DNA of 64,000 bases from Utricularia gibba (Eukaryota; Plantae; Magnoliophyta). The DNA lies in assembly GCA_002189035.1 (NCBI GenBank), contig NEEC01000009.1, positions 1,364,001 through 1,428,000 of the forward strand, given 5' to 3'. The translations under genes were made by a program, and so were the position numbers. The notes below the pieces were generated by a model, which saw only the letters and a list, made by a program, of their open reading frames with translations, was not told the DNA's origin and did no database searches. The stretch's first letter is position 1, and every line of letters starts with the position of its first letter. This document shows positions 12,635 through 26,481 of the stretch, piece after piece.

Positions 12635-15600
12635 ATGGGCTCTAAATGGCTAATGATCCTCTTGGGAGTTCTTGGGATGTTGCTGATTGTCGCTGGAGAA
12701 GCATTTAAGCCTTTCAACGTGAGCTACGATGGGAGAGCTTTCATCATCGATGGGCATCGACGGATGCTCATCTCCGGTGGCATTCACTACCCCAGAGCAG
12801 TTCCAGAGGTCAATTCTCCATGCCGTTCTTTTTGAGGTTTCCAACCAAGTTCATACTTGGTGATGGGTGATTTTCCCATCTTCTCTGTTAACAATATGGT
12901 GAAGTTGAAGACTTGTTTTTTTTTTTTGGGTTTTTCGAGGTGCATTGTTTGACGTGTTTTTGCCAATGGTTTATTGTTAAGAATGGACTGTTGGTTCATA
13001 AATTGTCTATCTTCGCATTTTGGTTTTCTTGAAGGTAGAGCGCGAGATGTTTGAATTCGATATTTGAATCCAGTTGAGTCAGTGAATGATGTTTTAGCAT
13101 AAATTTTGTGAGATACCTCGTACACATAACCAAGGATAGATAAATAAAAAGTTCCCCCAGGAAGGTTGGTCGATTCAAACCTTAACAGCCTTGGATTGGT
13201 CGATGATGAATGCAGTACTAACGGGCTATGATGTTTTATCTGTTTAAAAACTTGAAATGTTGAGTCCTGATTGCCTACTAAAAAAAAGCCGCATTTCTCA
13301 TTTCCGCCTTGTTCCTGCGGACGGAGTTACTGGCCCAATTAAGTTCGTCTCTATTAATACTTATATGTATTTTTCTGGTTGATTTTAACATGGCTAGATG
13401 TGGATTGATCTTATTTCTAAGAGCAAAGCCGGGGGAGTTGATATAATTGAGACATATGTCTTTTGGAATGTTCATGAGCCTGTAAGGGGACAGGTACATT
13501 TGTACGCCTGGTTTATGCCTTTCATTTTCTTCACCTTTTCATTTCTTGACACCTTGCTTTCTTTTGTTTTTCAGTATAATTTTGAAGGAAGATATGATAT
13601 TGTGGAGTTCATAAAAAAAGTTGGGTCGATGGGGCTATATGTGTTTCTGCGTATTGGTCCATATGTCTGTGCAGAGTGGAATTTTGGGTAGATGGCCTTT
13701 CACTCTCCAGAGTAATTTGTTTGTATTTACATACCGTTGTTTGGATTCTTTAATTGCTTGTTGGTTCAATTTTCTGAATCATTATCTTGTATTATGTCAG
13801 GGGGTTTCCTGTTTGGCTTCGTGATATACCTGGTATTGAGTTTCGTACTGACAACAAGCTGTTCAAGGTATGATAACAACTGTTGGATAGCTGTTTCATG
13901 TTTTCGCTAACATAGCTGTTTTTTTTTTTTTTTTGAATTGTGCCACTATATAATTAGCTACACGGCGTTGTTTTGTATACTTTGATCGCTGACTTACCTC
14001 TACAGGATGAAATGCAACGGTTTGTCAAAAAGATAGTAGATATGATGCACGAAGAGTTACTGTTATCTTGGCAAGGAGGTCCCATAATTCTTCTTCAGGT
14101 GAAAGAAGTGCCTTCATATTCTAAATATGGAATGATGCAGAAAGAAAAATTGGTCAATCAAAATTTTCTGAAAATCCATCCCATGTGAAAGTGTTAAAAA
14201 AGGATTCTTGTGTACTTGATTCTGGGAAAACGATGTGAATTATCTTAGGTTGGTAGGCAGCATTAAACCTCTACTTCTCAATGCATACAGAGTAAATGAT
14301 TAAAGGATACCATGAAAATGCGCAGTGTATTTTTGTTTTGAGTACATGAATCTTCTCTTTGTTTTTTATCAAATCTATGATTGCTCAGTTGCATGATATT
14401 CTTATATATTCGTAATATTTTCATGTTTTTGTGGAAGATTGAAAATGAGTATGGAAATGTTGAAAGCTCATTTGGACGTGAGGGAAAGGAATACATGAGA
14501 TGGGCTGCCAATATGGCACTGGGACTAGGTGCTGGTGTTCCATGGGTGATGTGTGAGCAACCTGATGCACCAGAATTTGTGGTAAGTTTATATTTCCTTG
14601 GTACCATGGGCTCGTGAGCTGGTTGAGCGGTTATATATATTTATAGGTCTAAGCACTCAAAAGTTCAATGATATGAATTCCATCTGCAATCTATTTTGAA
14701 TTATGTGACTGAGCAAATTATTCCTTGAGCGTTTGTTGTTTGATTTACTAGATTGACACCTGCAATGGTTTTTACTGCGATGGGTTCAAGCCAAATTCAA
14801 ACAACAAACCAAAAGTCTGGACAGAGAATTGGGATGGATGGTATGAGTTGACAGAATATTATGCATATATACTATGACTACTGCGCCTTTATTGTTGCAT
14901 GCACTTAAAAAAATGCTGCGGCAGAGCAAGAATGTTAGCAACCACAGAATGTGAGGTAGAGTGTGGGTATTAGGCTGACCGTTTACATGCCAAGCTTAAA
15001 AAAGTTGTGTAATCTCTAACTGGGACTTATGTTTTACGGAAAAGCTTGATGTTCTGGATCTTCCATCATCTTCTTTATTTCAAGGTTTACAAGTTGGGGT
15101 GATCGAGTTCCCTATCGACCTTCAGAAGACTTAGCTTTTGCAGTAGCTCGATTTTTTCAGCGAGGGGGGAGCTTTCAGAATTATTATATGGTAGGCTTCA
15201 TTATGGAAGTAGCTGGATTGATATGTTAGTGCATATCTGGGAAAAGATTTTATAAAAAAAAAAAAAGGCGTAACTGAAGGGGCTTGATGATGTTTGATTC
15301 ATTCAATGATATGCACATAAGAACCTGTACATAAGGTCATATTTAGAATGAAGATACAATCATACGTCAAATATTTTTTCGGAAGCTCTTATTCTAGCTC
15401 AAAATCCATCCTGGAGAAAGTTGTGAAACAGATAGAGTAATATATTTTGTTTTTGCAGTACTTTGGGGGAACGAATTTTGGAAGAACTGCAGGAGGCCCA
15501 AATTATATCACTAGCTACGATTATGATGCTCCGATTGATGAATATGGTATGAATTCTAGAATATTTATATTGCTCTGGAAATATGCTCCCTCTGTTTGGA

Positions 15601-18470
15601 AACACAAAATACCATTGATAATCCTGTCCAGGACTTCTGAGGCAGCCTAAATGGGGCCATTTGAAGGATTTGCACGCTGCCATACAACTTTGTGAGCCTG
15701 CTCTAATTTCAGTCCGTTCACCTAAGTACACAAAATTAGGACCAAAGCAGGAGGTATGCATGTCAAATGTTGGGGATGGGTTGTTTCATGCATTTCCTAG
15801 TTGTATGTATCATAGCATGCATGCTCATTTGTCATTTCAGCCTAAATGCTGCCATAAAATTTTTGACATTTGAGGGTCTTTCCTCTTATTCTCCACTAAT
15901 ACAACCTTTGTATTTCAAAATTTCCAGGCTCATGTGTTCGATGACTGTGGCAGCAGGTGTGCTGCTTTTCTTGCAAATATTGATGAGCATAGTACAGTTA
16001 CAGTGACGTTCCTGAATAAATCCTATGCATTACCTCCATGGTCAGTCAGTATATTACCTGATTGCAGAAACATTGCTTTCAACACTGCCAAGGTACATCT
16101 TATTGACTTTTTTTAAACTTGAACAAATTATCTTGATCGATTTTTGCTATCCTGTCACTATTCTCTTATACAAGAGCATTGCCATTTTTTATCTTCTACA
16201 AACTTTTTCGTTTTTCAACAGATTGGATCCCAAAGTTCAGTTCTAGCATTTGGATCTGATGTTGCTGGGATGAAATTGAATGCACCAAATAATTACATTT
16301 CAAAATCTTGGTATTCTTTCGAAGAGCATATTGATACGTGGATTGACACCAACTTCACGTTTCATGGGATCCTGGAGCATCTGAACGTGACTAAGGATCA
16401 GTCAGATTATCTTTGGTATACCACCAGGTGTTGCTATCTCACTGAGCAAATAGAAAGTGGATTTCGTAGCATGCCTTTCTATTGCTGCAGGAATATAATT
16501 TCTTTACAAAAATTCTAAAGTAGTTTTATTCAACCTTTGCACACCAACAAATCTGTTGTCCATATAAACATTAGCTAATGTTTAATTGAATGATACAGAG
16601 TATATGTTGCAGACAATGACATTTCCTTTTGGGAGCATAATCAACTCTCTCCGACACTAAGCATTGACAGCATGCGTGATCTAGTCTACATATTTATCAA
16701 CAAAAAGTTTAAGGGTAAGTCACACAACATCACTACAGAACCCTACACCCTTGCATATCATAGCACAACAATTCCCTTAGATTCAAGACAGCCTTCCTCT
16801 TTATGTTGATAGCATTGAGTGTACATACACTGTTGACCCAGAGCTGATATTGTTGCTTTCTTTCTTCATGGCGCAACCTGGCGAAATGAAGGTAGTGTAA
16901 AAGGCAATTGGATAACAGTGGTTCAGCCAGTTGATTTGGTACAAGGATATAATGATATCACATTATTATCTCAAACGGTTGGCTTGCAGGTAACTAGTTC
17001 ATGGCATGGCCTGCTTGAATTTTTTTTCTTGTCTATTGCACTGGTTAATCGCGGATGCTTAATTCTTCCCTTGAGCTTTATTTCACTAGTGTTGCCTGTT
17101 AAAGAGCTCTCTGCTGATAACATCCTCTTCCATCAGAACTATGGAGCCTTTCTTGAGAAAGATGGTGCTGGTTTCAGGGGTGAAATAAAGCTTACAGGAT
17201 TTAAGAATGGAGATATCAACATCACGAATTCCTTGTGGACATATCAGGTGCATATCCTCCATGACTAACTCGTTTGCATGCACTGATTTCCTCATGACTC
17301 GATGATGCCTAAATTTCTCAAAAACTTGAGTTACTGTCAAGTCTACTTCGACTGCATTCAAGGATGCTGGAAGCAAGTGGAACACCATCTTTCACTGAAT
17401 TCTGCAATACGGTTCCAGGTAGGCTTCCAGGGAGAGCACTCAAGGATTTATGCGACTGATGGAGGCAAAGATGTAGAGTGGACTGAGTTACTGCCTGATG
17501 CTGTTCCTTCCAGGTTTTCTTGGTACAAGGTAATCAAAACGCAAGAGAGACCACCTTAGTGATAATCACAGAGTGCGGTGCTTTTTTATAACATTTGTCA
17601 AGATCTCTCCTCTTAATTCTTAATCTCGTTTCTTCAGACACAGTTTGATGCTCCGGGTGGATCCGACCCGGTTGCCCTTGATCTGAGTAGCATGGGAAAA
17701 GGTCAAGTCTGGGTTAATGGGCACCATCTAGGAAGATATTGGACACTGAAGGCACCCAACCATGGATGCCAAGCTTGTCAATACAGCGGGGCTTATAGTT
17801 CAGACAAATGTGTGGCCAACTGCGGGGAACCAACTCAATCTTGGTACCTTTCTATCTCGATTGCAGCTCTATTCTTTGTGACATCTAATCGCTAGGCGAT
17901 ATCCAGGTATCATGTGCCAAGAGCATGGTTGCAGCCATCAGAAAATGTGCTGGTCCTATTTGAGGAGGAGGAGAAGACCCCCTTTAAGATCGCCATTGGG
18001 ACAAGGTTCACAAAAACAGTGTGCGCTCAAGTATCAGAAAAGCATTATCCGCCGCTGGATGCATGGCTGCTTCCAAAGACTGTCAATGGAACCATTCAAT
18101 TAAAAAACTCTACAGTAGCTCCCGAAATGCACTTGCAGTGCGATTCCAGGCACACGTTCTCGTCTGTAACATTTGCGAGCTACGGGACTGCACATGGAGG
18201 CTGCCAAAGTTTCTCTAGAGGCAGTTGCCATTCAACAAGTTCTGTTCCTGTGGTCAAACGGGTAATTTTTAGCGTACTTGAAATTTTCTTGTTTACCTGT
18301 TCTGTGGTCGTTTGATTTACATCCTGCACTTGCAGGCATGTTTGGGAAGACAGAGTTGCTCCATCAGTATATCGAACGCTGTGTTCGGGGACCCGTGCCG
18401 CGGTGTCCTCAAAACTTTGTCCGTTCAACTGAGATGTTCAACATCATCATCTAAAGAAATGAGTCTTTGA
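12635..18470 (+). CDS. Beta-galactosidase GH35 with C-terminal lectin domain, BGAL9-like, about 19 exons
   Basis: [12 protein letters not shown]...[61 protein letters not shown] and C-terminal [12 protein letters not shown]; stop at 18468-18470. Confidence 0.95.
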
Positions 18471-18808
18471 TCGATCGCTCATGGAGCTGTCTAAAATAAA
18501 TGCTATCATCTTCTATTCCCTTACTGTAAAGGATGGTTGTGATTGAAATAAAATCAAAATCCTTTCAATAGTTTTGACAGTACCAGAAATTTCTCCACAT
18601 CAAAAACTGCACAGAACAAGACTATTTTAACAACATAACGTGCATCCATCCAAACTCCAATAGCATGATCCAGAATACAAAGATGCACACAGTCATGTTT
18701 GCTATGACAGTTGGACGGTTTACATGAACTAGAAGACTTCTTATTCAACAAAATCAGGCTATCTATGATATACTACCGTATGCCTGCCTGAAACTCACCT
18801 CACAAAGC

Positions 18809-21800
18809 TCATGATGAGGTGAGCCGCAGCTTGTTGGCAACGTAGAGCAGGTGGCCAATGTTTGTAGAAGGGTAATTTTGAAGCAGCTTGAGATTAGAAG
18901 TAAAGTCTCCCGCAAGCAAACGCCTCCGCACAATAATCAGCATAGCACAGCATATTCTCAGTAGTGTCTCCTGAGATTTTAGAGCAATGTATTGGCTTCA
19001 CTTGACATGTATGAATGTAGACTCTAAAAGTTGATTCGGAAAGGAACTAGACAGCAGTAAGCCAACAAATCCACCATGAGAAAAGAGGAAAACCTGACCA
19101 ACTAGTTGTAGCAATTATTGTAAATACAAGTGTAACCTGGAAACGTCTAGTGATAGCGCCATATGATATGTCACTTCCCATGTGAACCACAATTCATCCA
19201 TTTTACATGATCATACAAAACTAATAAGATGTAAAGGTAATAAAAGATTCAAAAGTGAGTTTAAAGGCCAAAAAGCCATATAACCCAACATCATGTTATT
19301 TTCATAAAACCATTTGCATTCGCAGAAAACTACATGTCACTGTACTCCTATTTCTTTGTTGAAATTCATAAACTCACTTGAGGACCGTCAGGGTCGCTAA
19401 GAAGCGTATCCCAGATTTGCAGACTCTCTGAAAAATTGAACTCTTGACTCAGGAGGAGTGTAATCCACCTGAATGCATAGAACTGAGGATTGACCTGGAT
19501 ACCACAAAAGTAAAATGATGCAAATAAGAATCACAACAAAACCATAAGGATAGAGAGAGCCTCGTAAATAAGTTTATTATATCAAAATTATAAATCAGTT
19601 CAATGATGCTTAAAAATGAATCCATTAATGAAACTGATGGAATCCAAAGATTTCCAACAAATCCCTTAAATAAAAATACTTCAATCTGAACTCGATCAAG
19701 AGCCTACTAATACTTGAGGATTTGACTGAAGTGACCCATAATTTCCTACCACCACCTATTATTCCAGAACCAGGGTTTGACTCATGTGACAGCTTTTATT
19801 GCATTACATTCTGGTTAGCATATATAAAGCACATATGTATAAGATTATATCAAAACAGCACCCATTTCCTGCCATTATCATGCAGCATTCATCGTTTTCC
19901 CCATCATTTTTTGCACATTTACTTCACAATTCGAGCTATAATAATACTGATGGCAGAACTTTCACGAATATTTTATTGAAATCTTGTAAACACAAACACA
20001 TGAATATCACAGAAAAAGAAGATTCCAAGTCTTACTTTTGTTGTTATCTCAAGATGACGCCATAGCTCCTCATCATGCTCCTTTAGAAGCTGAGATAATC
20101 TAGATATGGTTGCACGAATACCTACAACACTGTTATCGAGCTGTTGAACAAAATTGTCCCGGAAACTACTTAACAACTCCACAAAACAGAAGAAGCTGTC
20201 TGCTTCAGCATAAGCCTGCATGAATTGCACAAGGAAATGTAAATCTGAAGGAAAATGCTTCTAACTGTTAATCCTTATGGGGCAGAAAAATTAAATCTTA
20301 CCGCATTTTCTGCATCTGAATCGTTTTTTAATACAAAAAATAAAGGAGCCAAGATTTCATTCATTCCCTGGACGTATCTTATTCCAGGGTTCAACTTGGC
20401 AAATACAATCAATATGTTCTTTAGGGCCTCCTGGTGAAGAACAAAAAAAAAAGCGACCATGGCATGAAAACGCAAAACAACACCAATTTCTTAAAGGCAA
20501 CGGGAAAACTGGAAATACACTCACCTGAGTGCATTTTGCTGCGGGAGAGTCGCCTGAGAAGAAATGTATATCAGGATGTGTTCGCAAAACATCACGATCA
20601 ATCTGTTCAATGATCTCAGCATCCTACAAACATTTCCATAGCATCAGACACATTCTCAGATGGTTGAAAATAGTACCACAACAACAGATGCACCTTGAAG
20701 AACTGATTCCATACACTAGTCTGACCAAGACACAAGGGGTGCTCTCCTTCACTTATCTCTGATCTTGAGAGAAAACCCTGGTCTCCATCTGCATCATGAC
20801 TCGATTTCCCTAGCCGCCTTGTGATCTCTGACTGACTAACCAAGGGAACATTTAGAAAAGGCCAGCCACTTGATATCTCTGGAAGTCGGGGCAATTTTGG
20901 AGAAAGATATGGACAAATAGAGATTTGTATTCAAAAGTAGTAAATTCCATCGAAGATCATTCCAATGAGCTTTGAAACAAAATTGTAATTTTCCATATCG
21001 CTGACTTAATAATAAGGTTGTCCAAATATGTAATAATCGTCAAATTCAATATCACATTACAAACACTATAAGGGTAACGGAATATAAAAATTCTGGTATG
21101 AAAAGCACTTTGGGAGTGTGACTGGAGACAATACAATAGGGTTGAAGTTACATCATTGGATGACCATCAAAAGTTTTAAATGCATAAATCACGAAGTATG
21201 GAACATCTATCCATACTTATGGGACCCTCACAACCACCTCACAGAGTCGCTCTTTAAAGAAAGAAGAACTCTACCACCAGGAGATGATATGTCAGGCTGT
21301 TTTAAAAGCAGGCTCACTAATGACATATCAAGGATTTGGGAACTTACGGGATTCATCAAAAGCTCATCTTTGAAATGCTTGTATTGAGATCTTTTCTTTG
21401 CCAACTCTGACTGCCAACGAGAGCGATCAACAGGAAGATATCCTAATAATAGCTGCATAATTGCGAAGGTAGCAAATTATGTAGAACCTCTTGAAAACGC
21501 AACCATCATGCTTTAATGGTTACCTTCCAGACCGTAGCTCGAATACCAGCCCCACCAGGTATACCTTGGGATGCCAACTTTCGCAATTCATCCATATTGA
21601 TCACCTTCTTTGAAAGCTGCAGAAAAAGAAAAAATAAAAAAATACACCAGAAATTGACTCAGCCAAAGTCATAATCATCAGTTGTTACATGAAATAATAA
21701 ATGTGGGGCGTCTATTCGAATCTCAAACATGTCACTGCATGCAAAAAAGCAAACAAATTTCCAGAACTGCTGTTTTACTGTAAACTCTCCAAACCTCTCG

Positions 21801-22127
21801 CAGTATCTGCGCCTGCCTAGAAACCTCCTCAGCGGCGAGAGGCGCCTCTGCATCCTGAGCAGCCACAGAGGGATTTGCCACCGCATCGTCACCATCTTCT
21901 GCGGAATAACAAGAATCGCTCCTAGAATTCAACAGATCTCTGGCTTCCGCTTTCGATGCACGAACATTAGCCGAAGACGAAGCCGGCTGTTCCGACTTAC
22001 TAACCACGGGAGGAGGAATCGGCACCGGAGGATCGAGAGCTAAGGCGGGGGCCGGCGGAGATGTAGGCGCAGGGGAAGCCCAGAGAGAGCTGTTGAGCCA
22101 GTCAGGAACGTTTTTCTTCTTCACCAT
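18809..22127 (-). CDS. TBC-domain Rab GTPase-activating protein (TBC1D13/Ypt-Rab-GAP-like), about 9 exons
   Basis: IRATVWKLLLGYLP, EQIDRDVLRTH (Arg finger), YVQGMNEILAPL (Gln finger), FYAFRWITLLLSQEF; the last exon ends VANKLRLTSS*. Confidence 0.92.
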
Positions 22128-22334
22128 GATCGCACAAATTTGCAGGGAACCGCAGCAACAAAAGATGTTGCGAGAAGCCCCGCGATTCTTGAACGACGCA
22201 AACTGGAGTCCAATTACCCCTCACTGTGTTTGTCGCTTCCCCGTGTCTCACACACACCTGCCACGTCCGTCTCCGTTGTGGGAGTTGTAATTTCCAGTTC
22301 TTTGTCGGGAGATTTTCGAATGATTCCGCCAGAC

Positions 22335-22425
22335 CCGACCCGGCCCAGTTCAGCCCAATGACCTCAGGATCCAGGATCCATAAATAGTGTGAGCTCGGCC
22401 CGTTCATCCCGGTCCGGCCCAATGA
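22335..22425. promoter_or_regulatory. Site II (GGCCCA/AGCCCA) cluster in the divergent TBC/SERF promoter
   Basis: GGCCCA, AGCCCA and GGCCCA lie within about 90 bp between two head-to-head genes. Confidence 0.55.
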
Positions 22426-22756
22426 TTTTGCGAAAATCATTTTCAATAATTTTTAATTATGTTTTTAAAATATTTAAAAATAAAAAATATTTTTTTAGAT
22501 TAAATCGAATTTAATCTAGTAGATTCAATTTACCTTTTACTACAAATATTTGTGTGTGCTATTTATAGGAGGGGGGTGACCCCTATCATCTTTATAGGGT
22601 ATGTTTTTTTATGGACATTTGAAAGTCAACAGGATTCGGCCCATCCAATAAACAAAGCCCCCTCCCTGTACGGGGGTGATTCCGAAGTCTCTTTTACCGT
22701 CGGGATCGGAATCAGCAGCTCCATCTTCCGAAGGCGGTTGCGGGCATCGTTTCTCC

Positions 22757-23525
22757 ATGACTCATATCCTTTCCTTGCGAATCCATATGGTTTTTTTGTT
22801 TGTTTTCTGATTCTCCATTTGTTATTGCTGTTGATTTCTTGACTGATTTCAACGAGGAAATCAAAGGGAGCGCGATAGGGAAAGAGCTCAGGCTCGGAGT
22901 GGAAAGGGGAAGACCAAGGATGATGGCTTGACTCCAGAGCAACGCCGAGAAAGGTCACCTTTTCCCCTTTGTTTAACCGCAGTATTTAGTATTTCAGTGC
23001 TTTTCTGGCCGCCGATTTCTTGGTTTTTGGTGTGATCTGGATTGTTTAGCAACTGTGTTAGTTTGCTTTTCGTTTTATAATGATGGGTATCGATAAGCAG
23101 CAGCAACATCTTGATTAGTAATCTTGAATTTTTGGATAGTTATCCTCCCTCGTGCTGTCAGATACGAGAATGCTTAGATTAGAGGGGTTCCCTTTTCTGA
23201 AGGTTATGTCCTGAAGCAAGATGATCCTCAACCCTTGTAGGTCATCTTCATTGTGTGAATGAGTCTTTATCTGTGTGATCCTTGTCATTGCCTATGTGTC
23301 TTTCGTTTGGTTTAAAGGTATAGTCTTGAATTCCTGAAAGTGTCCTTAGACTCATGAAAGACAACCATCACCAACCTTTTAGGCTCGCTCTTTGAGTTTT
23401 TTCTCTGTGACCAAGCTTTGATTTTGCTGCATCTCACTAGGGATGCCAAGGCACTTCAAGAGAAGGCGGCGAAGAAAGCAGCCGGGGCTAGTGATGCTGT
23501 CGGTAATAAAAACACCAAAAAGTAG
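22757..23525 (+). CDS. SERF/4F5-family small EDRK-rich factor; exons 22757-22763, 22854-22953, 23441-23525
   Basis: The spliced product MTRGNQRERDRERAQARSGKGKTKDDGLTPEQRRERDAKALQEKAAKKAAG...KK* carries the family N-terminus MTRGNQR. It is absent from the ORF track. Confidence 0.9.
22764..22853 (+). other. U12-type (minor spliceosome) AT-AC intron, 90 nt
   Basis: 5' site ATATCCTTT, branch-like TTTCTTGAC at 22835-22843, 3' end AC at 22852-22853. Removal yields ATG ACT C|GA GGA AAT CAA. Confidence 0.88.
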
Positions 23526-24941
23526 AACACATCCTGGTCTATGAGCTTGTTCTGAGTTGTCATTGTGCCTTGCTGTAACATTAGAAGTGTTGGATGATGC
23601 TTCTGAAATAATGATGGTCTCACTCGTTCTCCCTCTGCTTGGGCCTGTTTTACCTTCATGACTACTACTACATTTCTTTTCTCCTTCATCTACATCTTCC
23701 TGCTTCTAGGATGCAGGGCATATTTGATTCAAATGCCAGAAAAAGTTATGCAAGTGTGAAATGCAACTCAAATCCAATGAAGGGACATGTCTGAAAACAT
23801 CCCTCCCCATCACACCTGACCCTGTGCCTGAAGGAGCATTTATGTAATAAATCAACAAAGATGATGCCCGTGCGAACCGGAACGGGCCAGGTGTTCCCAA
23901 TCCCCTCTTCCAAACCAAACTTCGTTTGGATTTAATTAATGTGAATAATTAGATTAATGAAAAAAATGCGCACAATCGGTTTGTAATTAAATTTTTACTC
24001 ATAGGTATTAAATCAAATTCCTAATGAATTTATATAAAATATACATGATTGGCTTCTCCCTTAATAACATCTACATAAATTATTGATAAGAAAAATAATA
24101 TGCGTATTAGGAATATAAGAAGTATATAATTTAAAAATAAAATAACCGACAAACCAAAGGGGTGCTATTAAAAGCATGGATGTTTTAGAAAAGTAGCCAT
24201 GTGTAAAGATAGGGGACTTGTGGGTATACTACGTTAGTTAAGAACAGAGAATGAAATAAAAATGTTTATTAATTTTATATATAAAGTATTTTTCTTTAAA
24301 ATAAATATTATAAAATCATGAGAATTGTATAATCAAAACAAACAATAACGTACAAGATAAAAAAGAATAGTTAGGTCATACTCACTTAAATGTGTGATAA
24401 AAGTGAACACAACGTAAAAAAATTAGTCTAAGTATACAACAATTAGTCTTAGCATACAATAGAAAAAAAGAGTTTGAACGCCTCCCTTAACCATAGGCTC
24501 CCTCAAATCGTGCGTCATCTTCGATAGATTTAATTGCGTCCATTAACTAAACTTTTAAGAGGTATTAATTCTCAGAAATCACATTCAGTGTGTGTTGTGT
24601 GCGGGACATGTGCTAAATAAGCTTGAATTCATCCACCGCCTAAAAAAGCGACTCGGGAAACGGACGTGTTATTCAAAACCATTTTTAATAAAAAAAAAAT
24701 CTCACTTTCGAACACAAATCGGGAAAACGGTACGACGGTGCGGGATATCGGTTTCCCATATTGAATTCGACTGCGATTGAGGCCGAAGGCAAACCTTTTC
24801 ATTTGAATTCTTAGGAATCCATTCACATGAAATGATCCCACGCGCGAGTGCGATCTGTGGGCCTCTCGAGGACGACACCCACCCCTCCCTCAAATACTCC
24901 CAGCAACCAACCCAACACACCAGACCAGACGGAGGAGGAGC

Positions 24942-25241
24942 ATGAGGAATGAGAAGAAGAGAAACCCCATCCTGCATTTCCTGCTGCTGCTGCTGCTCTG
25001 CTTTCTCCAGGCGGGTCACGCGCTGGAGGGGACTCAGATCAGAGGAGCGTGGGCCGAGTACGCCGCGATCAAGAGGAGATTCCTGCTCGACAGGAAGTAC
25101 ATCAGCTACGACGCCTTGGTGAGGGACCTGGTGCCTTGTGACCGCCCCGGCGCCTCCTATTACAACTGCAGGGATCATGGGGTTGCTAATTTTTACAACC
25201 GAGGCTGTCAGGTTATTACCAGATGTGCGAGAGGGGACTGA
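24942..25241 (+). CDS. RALF-like peptide precursor (RALFL32-type), intronless
   Basis: Hydrophobic signal peptide, dibasic RR site, YISYDAL motif and four Cys (PCDRPGASYYNC...RGCQVITRCAR). Confidence 0.93.
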   Translation: MRNEKKRNPILHFLLLLLLCFLQAGHALEGTQIRGAWAEYAAIKRRFLLDRKYISYDALVRDLVPCDRPGASYYNCRDHGVANFYNRGCQVITRCARGD

Positions 25242-26481
25242 CCCACTGCTTCCCTTGTTTCTTCTTCTTCTTTTTTATTTCTTCGGCGGTCGTCGGAAAA
25301 ATTGGATGGTTTCATGATTCGTGGTTGCTGTAAATTGGAAAGCTGCGTTCCGGTTAGACCCCGTCGGATTTCGTCGCCGATCCACGGCCCAAACCCTCCA
25401 TCGGATTAACTGATGATGAATCTCAAACAATCTTGAAAAGTTGATGATCATCCATAAGGCATGCAATTTTTCTTTCAGAAATATTCAGAAAACAATTAAC
25501 TTCTTGTAAAATCAATTGTTGTTTATAAAATATCTCCTAATATCATCCAACTTCTAAATACGTATACAATTATTTTATACGAAAATTGCTTTTTTAGAAG
25601 ATCGTTTATATATAAAAAAAATTATATCTATCACCATTTCTTAAATACGTTATTCTTAATTATATAAAATATTATTTTTTAATTTTAAATTTATAAAATA
25701 CGATTATTAACAAATATATTATTTACTTATAATTTCTTTATTCCAAATATGAATTAATTCTACAATAATCATTTAAAAAATACTTCCAAATGTATACTAA
25801 TTTTAATTCTACAACAATCATTTAAATTGTTTTTTATATTTATTAAATTGATATGGGAGAGTGGTGTCCATTAAAAACAATTGTTATAAATAATATATAT
25901 TATTAAATTAGAAATTTGATATTATTAAAAATTAAGAATTTTAATGTAACAGTGTAGACCTAATCTTGAGACGGGAAATTATTAGTAGGCCACTATGGAG
26001 CCAACATTTTAGGTTTGTGTTTGGATTGTGGGCCCCTGGGTTGAGGAAATAGAAAATAATTAAAAAAGGTACCATAAAAAGAAACGTGATATTTTGTTTA
26101 AAAAAGGACAGGGGTTGCAATGCAATGGACATTTTTGTCCTGGAAGGCTTGCTTTTGTTTTTTGTTTTGGGTTGGGCCCACTGTTGCAAAAAGAAGCCTG
26201 TGATCCTCCAATGCTTTCAACTTGTATTTATTGGAAACGACTATAATACCCCCATTGTTCGTGAATTGCATGTGCATGCGTGTTTGGCGGGATAAGTATA
26301 AAAAAACATTTATTATCAACGAATTATGGAGGCGGATCTACCAAGTTTTGTGGATCCTTTAATGTGATGAATTGGGGAGGTGGAGGAATTCATTTAATGT
26401 GGAACTATGGGGGGGATATCATTGCAAATCCTTGTGTATATATCAGCAGAGACACTTCCCGTCCATGCATTTCGGGTTGAG

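Noticed and set aside
22496-22518. Perfect 10-bp inverted repeat TAGATTAAAT-CGA-ATTTAATCTA
   Set aside because: Short, AT-rich and without a TSD or further structure; likely chance.
23866-23887. GCCCGT...ACGGGC hairpin resembling a Helitron 3' terminus
   Set aside because: No CTRR terminus follows on either strand, and no 5' TC end was identifiable.
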